From: Amoebophrya sp. A120
Lineage: Eukaryota; Protista; Dinoflagellata
DNA: 64,000 nt
NCBI GenBank assembly: GCA_905178155.1
Contig: CAJINV010000009.1
Coordinates: 1,423,907-1,487,906, forward strand
Reading direction: 5' to 3'
In this document: positions 48,218 through 60,000 of the stretch, piece by piece
Layout: each line of letters opens with the position of its first letter
Position numbering within the stretch: the first letter of the stretch is position 1
The notes under the pieces: generated by a model
The model's database searches: none
Told to the model about the DNA's origin: nothing
What the model saw: only the letters and a program-made list of their open reading frames with translations
Translations under genes and position numbers: made by a program

Positions 48218-49314
48218 TCAGGCGGACGGCCCGGGGCGGGGGTGCTGACTAAATTCGCGCTATAATCTGGCTAAATTTTTCCGCAGGCCGCGCAGCTTTT
48301 CGGCCCCACATTGATGGGCCGCGCGCCTTTGCCCGGCCTGCGCCCGCCTCGTGCGTGGGGCGGCCGGGCGCCGGGGGCGTTCCGCGGCTTCGCGCGAGGC
48401 CCTTTGCGCTCCTTTTTCGGCGGTGCCCCCCGTGGCGCCGCCCTCGAGCGATTAAAAATTTAAAAATTCGGAGTGGTTTCCGTCCGAATTTTTAAATTTT
48501 GCAAAGGCCGGCCCGCGCCCCTGCCGGCTTCGCGGCCCCGCGCCACCGCCCGCCGGGCGAGTTCGCCGCGCTGCCGGACCCCCGGATCCGGAATTCGGGG
48601 AAGCTAAATCGGACGGATAAATCTTCGTGATTTTCCGCAGAAATTTGGCTAACCGGACGCCTAAAATGCCGCTAAAAGTGCGCTAACTTCCCCGCTAAAT
48701 ATGTCGCTAAATATGTCGCTAAATATCGCGCTAAGTGTGTTGCTAAATCCGACAACAGGGAAATCCCACTGGATTTGGATCCGCGGACCAAATTTAGAAG
48801 ATTCCCGGTCGGAATTTAGAACACATTTTTTTAGAACGATATTTAGAACGATATTTAGACACATACTTAGACACATATTTAGAAGCATTCCAAGTGGATT
48901 TCAGCCGCACCTTCCACCCGCGATCCGATCGTGTGTGAAAGGTCCAGCTGACTCTCCGGGGGCGAAGGGCAAGGTGTTCTTCCGTCGAGCGCGGGACGTA
49001 AGCTCCGCGCGCAAGCTTGGGTAGGTCGGCGGGCGTTGACTTGAAGTTGCCCGGCCGCTCCCGGCAAGCAAGGTCCGCAGCAAGGTTCCAAGCTCCCCGG
49101 GCGTGATGGCCGGGTGGCCGCGCCGCACGGCCCGGGCCGAGCGAAGGCCCCGGCGCCCGCTCTGCGGCGCTTGGCAGAGCGGGGGCGGCGGTTGTTTTCC
49201 CGCGGGCTTTTTCTGCTTTGCCTCTTAGGCAGTTTCCTGTCTTTGGGGCCAAACTATTTAGCGGGAAAATAGAACAAATTTAGCGCGTTACACCGCCCCG
49301 CCTCGTCCGTCTGA
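48218..49314. mobile_element. 1.1-kb non-autonomous TIR element (MITE), TCAG...CTGA ends, 6-bp TSD ACAAAA
   Basis: ~59-bp imperfect TIR TCAGGCGGACGGCCCGGGGCGG / CCGCCCCGCCTCGTCCGTCTGA; ACAAAA at 48212-48217 and 49315-49320. Many CTAAAT/ATTTAG repeats; internal hairpin AAAATTTAAAAATTCGGA...TCCGAATTTTTAAATTTT. Confidence 0.88.
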
Positions 49315-49853
49315 ACAAAAAACTTTTACACGGGCTCGAGACGTCTAAGCCCATAAGGCTTACGCGCTAAAATAGCCGCGTCGAGCCGTCGCAGGGGAAC
49401 CGCAGAAGCCAGCAGGCTGCTCTATGGAGGGGTTTTCCTTAGTTCGGCTCGCCGGCAGGTTGCGTGGAAGAGCACCGGCGGGGGCCTGTCGCCTTTTGTT
49501 CAGCTTCGCAGGCTCATTCACAAAATAGCCCGCTCTTGGCCTGATCCTTAATATTTACGTGCGCGCCACGACCGGTTAGTACAAGACAGCGGCGGTGCTA
49601 CAAGGCCACAGGTAAACCATCCCTACGCCTTCCGGTTGACCTTGACGAACTGACTACCAAAACCGTTGCAGATCTCTTCAGCATCGCAGTCGCCCAGGGT
49701 TACAACGCCGCGCATCCCGAGGGTAGATCAGACGGACCACAGAAAGGCGTTGCGAGGTGGCCAAACGACACCACGATAGCGGGAGAGCGGAAGCAAGGCC
49801 TTTGTTCTACTGTGTGGCGTGCGTTGTTCTAGTCCTGTCTAGCTTGCTAGAAC

Positions 49854-49906
49854 AACCTCTACGAGTAGCAAGAGGGACCTCTGTCAAGAACCTCTACGAG
49901 TAGCAA
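49854..49906. repeat. 18-bp direct repeat AACCTCTACGAGTAGCAA x2
   Basis: Copies at 49854-49871 and 49889-49906. Confidence 0.85.
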
Positions 49907-50244
49907 TAAAGCGCCAGTTACTCACTCCTCTTATGTTCAAAGACCGCCCACATACGTCGTTCAGCATTACAAATTCCGTTTTCACTTTCCGCGTTTTGTT
50001 TTGACATTACAAGATCTACCCGATTTTTATCTCGTTTGTCATGCGGCTCAGCCGCCCGACATCACCATGCTGCTGTCCACGACCTGTGCTGTTCTGCATT
50101 TGGAGATAGTCTCTCTCTTATCTGCTTTGCACTTGAAGAACGAGCTCTCTTGTCTCTCTCTTTCTCTTTTACAATTTCTTTTTTTTTCACTTGTTTAAAC
50201 GGATCTCGTGATTATTTTTTTCGAACTCTGTTGCCTTTGCAGCG

Positions 50245-51140
50245 CATTAGCACTTACCACGGTGTGAACGTTTTGCACGTCTCGCCTGGCCCCGAAGCGT
50301 CTGCGTTTTGCTCAGTGATAAATATTATCTCCCCGGTGTAGTGCTCGCTTGATCTAATGCCCGGCGTACTTTGCAAGCGTACGTTACGCCTTATCCCGAT
50401 GAGAAACACGCGATCTTATCCCCCCGACCTAGTAATCGCTTGCGCCTTAAATATATACTCTTTTTGAAGAAATTGCACAGTTTTTATCTCCCCGAGCGGT
50501 AGTTGGTTTGAGGGTGTCGAAGGGGTGTGCGCCCTTTTTCCGGCTACAAGGCGTGTTTTGCTCAAGAAGTCACTTTGCACGCCTCGCCTCGTCTATCAAA
50601 AGTGTCTATTTTCCCGATCCAATACTCGCTTGCGCCTTAAGTCTAAAACTTTTTCATTCGGCATCGGGGTTTTGTGACTTAGCGCTTAGCATGGTATACG
50701 CGATATTCGAGGTTCAACTCGAAAGGAAGGCGTATGGTTTTCTTAAAAATAATCACTAGCTCCCCGACTTATAACTCGCCTGAGCCCATTTTCGGGCGTG
50801 TCTGCTTTTTCGATCTCTTGCAGCTTTCCACGGTATACGCGATAAGATCGCCTCGCACTTCTCGCCTTGTCCCGACGAAAAGATGACGCGTGTGCGGTTT
50901 TCTTAAATAGCTGTTTACGTCTTTCCCCCGTGTGTTAGAAGGTTCGAAAGATCGAGCCGTTTTTTGAAGTCCTAATCCCGCCGAGCTAAAACAGCGACTT
51001 TTAGAAAAACAAGTAAAAAATGAAAATTTTCAGAAGGATCAAACTGACTAAAAAGACTTACCCCGCCGGGCTAAAAGAGCTGATTTGTAGTCCTTTTGAT
51101 ATTTATTCACTTTCGCAATTGATCTTACCACGGTATGCTG
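50245..51140. repeat. Degenerate tandem array of irregular ~90-190-bp units
   Basis: Recurring CCCG...TCGCTTGCGCCTTAA-like blocks (~50344, 50436, 50625, 50775) and CCACGGT/GGTATACGCGATA blocks (~50257, 50693, 50828, 51127). Confidence 0.6.
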
Positions 51141-52580
51141 GATGTGAGTTCATATCTTTTTGATGTCTTTTTGATACTTTCTGCGCCTTTGCACCACTGT
51201 TCATTCATTTAGTTTTAAAATCACTATGGAAAAAAAAGATAAAAACGTGGCTTGTAATGCTTATTTGTCGCATTTCCGCAGATTTTGCTGTAAAATCCTT
51301 TAAAATTTATGCACCACCGCTGTGAGACGGCTACATGGATATTCAAAAGTTGCCGCGCATCTCAACTCCGTTGCGCTACGGCGTTTTAGTCGTCATTTTG
51401 TGTCTAGCATTAGCTTCTAGTGTTTACAGGTGGTAAAATCACATGATGATAGCAACGCATCCGAAGTTGCTAACTTAGTTCCGAAATCAGCTGACCCGGG
51501 CACCTCCGTGCCAGCAAAAGTAAAATCTTTTGGCACGACTGTAAAATTTGAAAGGCTCCTTCTAGTTATTATTGTGGAAGGTGCAGGTCTTAGGGTTCAC
51601 CAAATTTTACTCACGTTTTGGTCTTGCAACCTCATGCTTAATGATCCATGCCACAGTGCCTCTTTACGCTTTACCGGGCTAGCATTGTAGGCGCACAGCA
51701 TTTTCAAAAACAAAAAAAATAGCAGAAGTCGCCACGAGAAGCAATCGCAACCCCCGGCTATTTTAGTTCTACCATAAATTTTTGCGCATTTAGTCATAGT
51801 CCGCATGTAGATCTGGCATCGCCCGCCGTGGCTCCGGTTTCAGCTTCCACTTCTCCTGCTCGGCCATTCGGATTCTTGGCGATATTACGGCGGACTCGCT
51901 CGCTATGAAGAGGCGATGGCAGCGACGGTTATAACAAACCGACCCCCAGATGTTCTCGCAAGCCCGTGCTGGCGATCCGGTCGAAGTCTCGCTCTCGGTC
52001 TGTATTTCTGGCTGCGTGCGCACCGACTTTGACGACTGGCGGTCCAGGTGCTCCGAACAACCACCGCGGGCATTTACTATAGTGTATAGCACAATCACGA
52101 AAGAGTACATTTGTCCTGCGCACTGCTCATGCTTTTCTTTTGTATTTTGTCGGCTGATCGGCCCCATTTAGCCTGTGCTACAAACTTTCATAAATGCAGC
52201 ACTACCAAGCTCGTGTAGATTTTGTTTCCCCGACCCGGATACACGCTTCCCCCGCTGCTGCCTCTCGGTTGGACACCTCTTGGGTGCTCAGCTGTTTGTC
52301 AGGGCTTTTTACATGCGCGTGTGATCCGGTGGTGCAGGAAAATGCGCCACGATGGAGGTAATCCCCCGGTGTTTCCCCCTGTCCCGCCCTTGCGCACTCG
52401 GGTTCCGCCGTGGACATGAAAGCTTTATATGATGATCGGAGGCTAGTTCGTTGTCTGCGGAGTTCCATCATGGCGTCTGATCGTAGATAGCTTTGGGTCA
52501 GGTCTGCTAATCCTGGCAAGTAGTTTCATATGGCGCCGGAGCTCTAAACAACTTACTTGTTCCTCAGCGCTATTGCGCTT

Positions 52581-53355
52581 GCTACTGCTGCTTGTCAAAA
52601 AGAAAGTTTTATTGTTTGATCTCCGCTTGTGGATGATCGGCGATTCGCGCCTGCTCTGGTCTGCTAGCCGCGCGCTACTCTTTCAGTTCGTGTGGGCTCC
52701 TGGTGCTGCGATCACCGTCGGGAGTTGAACAACATGAGAACATAAGGACGTCGGTGTTTGAGAGCTATTCAGTATTCGACTTCCTACTACGTTTTGATCC
52801 TTTTGCATCCCTCACGCACATCCAGGATCTTTGTGTAGTTCGAAGCCCGCCGAATTTTTGCGAGCGGATTTAGCTTTCTTACCCCCTCGAAAAAAGGGGA
52901 GTCTCCTGACCCTTATGGTCGTCCCTGCCGCCGGTGGTCACGTCCGCGTGGCGCTTTCAGCTATTACTACGCCTGGCGTTACTACGCCCGCTACTGCTTT
53001 TTGGTTGGTAAGTGGATAGATATTTTAATGTTTGGTCTCCGCTTGTGGATGGCCGGCGACTCGCGCCACAAATGCACGTGTAGCTGCGCGCTACTCTTCA
53101 AGTTCGTGCGGACTCCTGGTGTTGCTGCCACCGTTGGGAGTATAAGAAAGAAGAACATAAGGACGTCGGGTCTTTGAAGGCTTTACTTTGCAAGACCTCC
53201 TTCCGTCATTTTTGCTCTTTGCTGCGTTCACGCGCAAATTGTATTTTTGATGGATTGAGGCCCGCCGAAGTTTTGCGCGCGGGTTTAGCCCTCTTCTACC
53301 CCCCGAAAAAAGGCACGTCTTCGGACCCTTCAGGTCGTTGCCCCTCCGCCCGCGT
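52581..53355. repeat. Tandem duplication of ~410 bp (52581-52989 and 52990-53355), diverged
   Basis: Shared blocks TCTCCGCTTGTGGATG, GCGCGCTACTCTT, GAACATAAGGACGTCGG, GCCCGCCGAA, CGAAAAAAGG. Confidence 0.85.
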
Positions 53356-53401
53356 TGCGCCCGCGCTTCGCCATCAGCATCAGCATCAGCTATATAGGTT
53401 G

Positions 53402-53403
53402 TC

Positions 53404-53440
<37 letters not shown>
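53402..53440. repeat. (CT)n microsatellite
   Basis: Near-perfect TC run. Confidence 0.95.
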
Positions 53441-55173
53441 TTCAATAAGAAGAAAAAGGAAACTGTTAGTAATTACATCAGTTGTTGTGGCTTTCCTCCC
53501 AAGAGGTGCTAAAGAAAAACCTCAAGCCTTAGAAAGTCTTTGCCTACTGCTCTGTTGAATGCCAGCGAGTCCTACCTTCAGCACGCTCGCTAATTGCATA
53601 TTGGAGTTGGTTTTTATAATTTTATCTCCCTCGATGTCGACCCGACTCATCGCAAACAGAGCCTCTGCGCAGAAGAGTATGATCCGCTTTTTTTTTTGCG
53701 TCTCACGCAGCGAACATTTAATAGAATGCAGAACAAGAAGGCAATCTCATACAGAGTTTCCCAAGACCGTTTTTTTTGCCCTGCACGTGACTCGTTTCTC
53801 GATTTTCCTTTTTTCGAATTACCGTAAGCCTTATACAGTACCTGAGCACACCATCATACTGGTAGAAAAAGAATACTGGTTTGTCTGTTGGTAATTAAAT
53901 TTTTTTTTTTCCGATCAGATGAATGTGTAGGGGAAGCGTGCCGCAGCAACCATGTTTTTGCTGTTTTGTTATCTCCCTCTGGTACAAATGAGGGGAAGCG
54001 ACGTTGTGGCAGCGGGAATTCTCCTATTCGTTCTGATTGCGAAGTAGCACTGACGACCAATAAGCCGAAGTGAAGATTTGTTTTTACCGTTACGTAATAT
54101 CATAATAAAAATACCTTTTTTTTGTTGTTCCCTAATACCAAAATTTTCTCATCCTTCTGCGTAGAAGCAATGCGCATTTGTGTCCAGTTCTTAGTTTCAT
54201 GCTTAAATAAATGAAGCAGTCCGCTCGCCTTGAAGCGGAAGTCAGCACAGGATACTTTGATGTATGATTTTTCTATGTGGAGTCTTTTTGTTGTGAGAAA
54301 AACGGCAAAGATACCGCTCTTGATGCGGTATCGCGTTTCTCTTTCCCACTCGTAAATAAATGCAAATCTAACGAGAGGAGGCATGTTTCGCACTACCTCT
54401 CAATGTAGTACTAAAAAGGCATGTCGCTATGTTTTTTTCTCTACAGTACTTACTATGAAGACTACTATGGCAACTACGCGAAGCTCAAGCTATAGTTTTA
54501 CGAAGAAGAGCAAACAAAGACTAATATCCAACTGTTGTTGGCAGTCATAATGATCATCCGCATTATCAGAGTTTGCAGCTTCTGAATCTGACTGATTCTG
54601 CAAGCAAAAACAATGAATCGAAGCCCACGACGTAAAAAGTTTTGTCTATAGTCGGACCTGCTGTACTGCTCAGCAATTCGAAGCTTCGTGACAAAGCTGA
54701 TTGCGAAAGACTTCTTGGGGATTGCGAGCGAGCCAGCAATGAACACGCATCGCAAGAACAAACTTCTCGAAAACCTGGAGCTTTATTTTTGCAGTCACAT
54801 CAACATGATCTACACCAGAACTCAAAAAAAATTGACTCTGGTTTCGTATTTCTTGGCAATGCTACTTATTTCGATTTATTAATTGCAGTTGTTCGTCAGA
54901 TCGGGACGACGACAAGTGCTGGCAATGGTGGACAAGTTATGGTCACATGGCCAGGTTTCTTGCACGTGCTCTGGCTGCATACTTTCGCACTTTAGCTTTC
55001 GTTGTCTTGTTCGTCCATGTCCCTCGTACCGCAGTTTTTGTTTCAAGTCACCAATTCAATTCTGACCAATTATCTTACGCACAATCGTTCGTACCCGCAA
55101 CCTTGCGTCTTCTATTACTTGTCAGAAAAAGTAATCTAATCACAGCCGAAAGAGGCCAAAAGGAAAAGCTGCT

Positions 55174-56927
55174 ATGCTGCGTCGTCGGCGCGTGGCTCCG
55201 CGCCGGAGCGTGACCAATCAAACGGGTCGCGCCGACACCACGTGTCGAAGCGGTATGCTGTCCGTGTCCGATCTTTTTGTCCTCAAGAAAAAAATCGAGC
55301 TCCTTCGTTTCAAGGGCGCAAAATTTCATTTTCAGCAGGGCGAGTGGACCATTGCGCTGACGCAGTCGCCGCAGCGCGCCCAAGAATCCGCGATCTCCGC
55401 GATGAGCTCGGCCATTTTGGTGTTTGCCTTGCTTTTGAACTCCGTGGCGTCCACCGCTTTTTCGCCGCTTTCGAACGAGAGAAATGACGTCACGGGCTTC
55501 GCGTTCAACTGGGTTCTGGGACTCTGTTTCACCACCGCTGGCGGGTCTACGCTGTTCATGAGCTACGCTTGTCTGATTCTGACACTAGAGTCCGAGTACG
55601 GAGCGTACCGCCAGCTCATCCGATACGAGCAACTGATGGAGTTCTTTCTTTGGCTCACGGCGATCGCGCAGTGTTCCATGGTGGCACTTGCGATGCTGGC
55701 CGTGGTGTACAAAACGAAAATGGAAAACAATTCCGCGATGCAGGGCGGGTCCGAAATAAATCAAGAGGATGCAAACCAGCGCGACTTATACTCCTACCTC
55801 ACGCTCGGCACGATGCTGCTTGCCTTCCAAGCCCAATTTTTCTGGTTCTACCACCGTGGACTCACAGTGATTCCCGTCCACCTACGGCACTGGGCACTGT
55901 GGCTTGCCCCGTTCGTGCTACAGATGCACTCCAAGCAGAACCAGGTCGACTGCGCGAGGGTCGGAGAACAGTATGCGCGGATGATTGTGCAGAACGTCAA
56001 CAAATATTTCAACTGGCGCATGTTCCCATACGACCCCTTTTTCTGGTCGGATTTGACCTTCTTTCCGCTAAGTCTTGTCCCTCCTGTGGGAGATGAAATT
56101 GCTGGTGCCGACTACAACTACACCAAGGAGGCGGGGAAACAGGATGGTGGACAGGCGGAGAAGTTCGGTATGAAGGCCGGCGAAGAATTTCACCAATGGT
56201 GCAAACTGCTGAAGGAGTGGCATGTCATAGAGAATGCTGAAGGTGAAATACCGCAGGGTGCTGGGGCCGGAACAGGCGACGACGACGCTGCGACGAAACT
56301 TCTGGAAGATGAGTTTTCCTCTTGGTGCGTTCTCAACAGTGAGTTTGTCGACAAGCACAAAGTGGAGCTTGTGGCTACTGAATTAGTGATGAATGACTTG
56401 TGCTTATCAGATTTCAAGAAGATGGCACTTTTGAGTGCTAGTGCTCTGCCGGGCGAAGTGACAGCGGCCACCCATGGCGGTAGTCAGCTTTCGTGCGTCG
56501 AATTGTGCTTCCATCTTCTTGACTCAGCGCTGGAACCAAGTTCTGCCGGTGGCAGTGGCGGGTCCACTGTGCTGCTTTCTACTGGACAAAAAATGAAACT
56601 TGCAATGGCCATCTGCAAATACGCTTTTGAGCGAACAAGTCCGTCATTTTTGTGTAGGAGGTGCTCCCGTATAGGTGAGTGTGCCGCACTGCTTGTTTGG
56701 AATGATTTGTGCGGTGGAACTGGCGTGGTTCTAATCCTGTCCTTCCGTGTAGTCGGGGGGCAATAGCGCGAAGACGCGAGTAGTAACCTTTGGGACCACT
56801 CCTGACACTGATGAAAAGACTTAGTCGCGCTCGCAAGCGAAGCGAAGAGAGATTCACAGCCAGATGTATGCAGCTTTCGCTTTGTTTCCTATTCCTTTTC
56901 GTGTCTTTAGGCGGCTCTTGCGTGTGA
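55174..56927 (+). CDS. Multi-pass membrane protein (about 4 TM segments) with possible C-terminal SAM-like region
   Basis: 530-aa ORF with four hydrophobic stretches; LSTGQKMKLAMAI resembles the last SAM helix. If 56620-56846 is removed the frame runs to TGA at 56927. Confidence 0.7.
56620..56841. mobile_element. Older introner-like IR element with imperfect 5-bp TSD (GCAAA/GCGAA)
   Basis: Left TACGCTTTTGAGCGAACAAGTC...GTGTAGGAGGTGCTCCC pairs with right GGGACCACTCCTGACAC...GACTTAGTCGCGCTCGCAAGCGAA. Confidence 0.6.
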
Positions 56928-57025
56928 GTGTGAGACTGACGACGAGGAATGCAGCGAGCGTGTGGGTGCAGTTGAGTCGACAGTAGTACTCGGTGTGTAC
57001 ATCTGGATAGGACATGTAGCGAACC

Positions 57026-60000
57026 ATGGTCGGAACCGGAACCGCGTCGAGCGATTACTCCAAGACGGAGGGCACCATCAGTTCGCGTGGGGGTGCTACA
57101 ACTTCTGCAACCAAGCCGAAGCAGGAGGGCAGCAGTTCGCGCGCCAAGCATGCGCACGGCGGGACATCTAACAGAGCCAACAAGTTGCCAGTGGCTGGCA
57201 GCTTTCTGTTGCAACACGCTCGGCGAACTGGCACACCCAGGTGGTCGGCCGAGGAATCGCAAGGCCGGACCCCCCGAGAGCTTGCGACACAGAATACCAC
57301 GACGAGCGAGTGCCTTTCGCCGTTTCCGCGAGTCTTCCGTACCCCACGGGGTGACCCTGGTAAAGCGGAGCAACAATCGACCCACACAAGGACTCTGCTG
57401 GAGGATCATGAGCAGGGTAGTTTACTACACGAGGGGAAGAGATCTGCGAAAGCGAATTACAAAGCACACTTCCTGACAGGAGTTAGCACTGCCACTGCAG
57501 AGCGCGACGAAAGCGCTCGGAAGCACGATCGCTTCGAGCAGATTCAACGGATCTACCAGGTACTGCGTGCAGCTGTCGGGGCTGCATCTTTTAGATACAT
57601 TTGTTCTCGCTAAAAGCTCTTTCAGCATGGGAAGATTTGTCTTGTCAGCAATATCACGAACAACCTCGGTGTAAGTAGTGAATGAAAAAAAGAAATCATT
57701 TTCGTCCAGCCTGAAGTGTTCGCGTCGCAGCAGTCCGCGGCTACGCAGAACCCCCCTGGTCAGAGCGGGGAAGCAGGGACCTTGGGCGACGCAGCGGAGG
57801 ACGATAAAGACAAGGAGAAAGAGGTCCAAGACCACCCGGGCCACTTCCTCGAGGCGGAAATCGAAAATTTGCGCACGGGAGAGCAAGCGATCGCGTTTTT
57901 TGCCAAGCATGGTGGCACCACACGCAGGAAATTCGTGTACGCACGACGGCGCTATCTCGTTGAAAATAGGAGCGGACTGGTGATTGGGGGGGACGGCAAT
58001 GACGATGCGGGTGTTCTTGACTTTCAAGGTCCTCGACAAGGTGCACAGGAATCGTCTCACTCAGGAGTTCTTGCAATCCCAGGCGCATGTCCGACAGCGG
58101 TACTTTCTCCTACAGCGACACCGCGTCGAGGAAGTAACTCGGCCCGTCTGCAGGCGCAGCGAGGAGAGCCAACCCAGCAGGTTGCGGCCGATTTGCGCCG
58201 CGAGCAAAAGCAGGCCCACCTTGTGGACCAGCATGCCTTCTGTGAGCATCTGCCGTCCGTGGGAGGCTTGAAGCTGCAGGTGAACATCGCCCCGTTGCGG
58301 CGAAAGAGTCGCCAGCTCGTGCAGAGCGCCGATTTCGAGGAAGGCGCGCGGTTCGAAGACATCCCGGTCTCATCACCGAGGACTGCCGCAGCTCCACTTG
58401 GCGCAAAGACGAGCCAGCCGTACAATGATCAACATCCGGACCAATATTATCGTGGACACGTAAAAAGTGATTCATCCCCAGGAGTCTCTCCCGGAGCTGC
58501 GGCTGATGACGGGGGCGAGGAGGAAGACCATTCGCCTAGTCCAGTCCACGGCCAGGATTTATTTGCAAGGCTCGCGAGCCCGGGAGATCCGTTTGCAGCG
58601 TATCACGACAACTCGAGTTTCGCTGCGAGCTTTTACGACCTGGTCTTGGTGCCGGAATCCGAAGTAGGGCATGCAGCAGATAGTACCGCAGCTTGTAGTG
58701 CCGGGGCTGGAAAAAATCATGCTTCTGTCAGTACAAGCGAGTACTTCACCATCTCGTCCACCGGCGTTGTGCACATCGCACCAAATCAGCCTAGTGAGCA
58801 GATCAGTCTGGCGAACTGGTTGCATCAGCGGCTGATCCTTTCGGTGTGCCGACCGATGAAGTTCTTTAAGAACTGGCGGAAGTACAAGATGCTGCAGATT
58901 TGGTTTCGCAAAGCCAAGTACGGGAAATTTGTGGAACGACGAAAGCTGCTGCAACGGAACTGCTTCTACCTAAAACCTTTGTTCGCCCCTGTGATAGCCG
59001 AGATCTTCCAGCAAATGGCGATGAAATTTTCCGCAGGAGGGGTGGTGGCAAGTGGTCATAGTACCGGCTTCGTTTCCTCTTCGAACGTCGGTGGAGGCAA
59101 TGTTGTGGCGAGTAGCACGAGTGGAGGTGGGGTTTCATCATCTACTCACGGCAATACTATGATAAACGCCACCAGTGGTGCTACGTCAACGATTGGCGAT
59201 CATCAAATTGGCGGGCAGAGCCATCTCAACCTGAATCTTCTGGGCACGAAGACTCTGACGCGTTTACCCGTAACCACAGCTGGGGCGACAGCTGTGCTGC
59301 AATCTGCAGCTTCCCACCACCAGCACTCTAACGACCTGAAAGCTCCTCCTGCAGTCGGTAGCGGTGCTTCCGCGACGCACGCGAGCATGGTGACGCAGGC
59401 ACAGCAGGCGGCCAACGGAAGCGGTGCACCGAACACGGCGGGGCAGTTGAGCGTGCACGTCCTGATGAACAAGGTGAAGCTGCTGAACCTCGGCGCCCAG
59501 TCCGGAGCCGTATACCAGCTGGAGGAGTTCTCGGAGCTGCAGCGCGTGCAGCGAAACCACGCGATCAAACAAATCGAGCAGGTATTTGAGAAGATTTCGC
59601 TCGCTTTGGAGCAACTGGCGAAAGAGGCCTGCGCGGTGTTTCAAGTGCTGGAAAAGCAGGAGATCTTGACCAAGTCCATGGCGCAGTACAAGCTCGAGGT
59701 CAAGGCTCTGAACCGGGCGCGCAAGCTTTCGAGATTCGACATCGAGCAGGTGTTTCCCAAACTCGTAAAATTAGCCGACGTATTTCTCCTAGCGGAATTG
59801 GTGAAAACGGTGGAGGAGGAGGCGAAACGGTTCGAAACACGGCTGGACTCGGGGGTGAAACTCTTCTCCGTCACTGTGTCCTTCCCGAAAAAGGCAGCGG
59901 GAAACAACGCGGACAGCCAGGAGAACAACTCGTCGCGGCGAAATTCCCACGTGTCTAACAGTACGCTGGACGGAGCGGGGAGTGACGCCGATCTTCATGA

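Noticed and set aside
48660-48885. CRISPR-like array
   Set aside because: 11-12-bp tandem units without unique spacers, inside a MITE, in a eukaryotic context with no cas genes.
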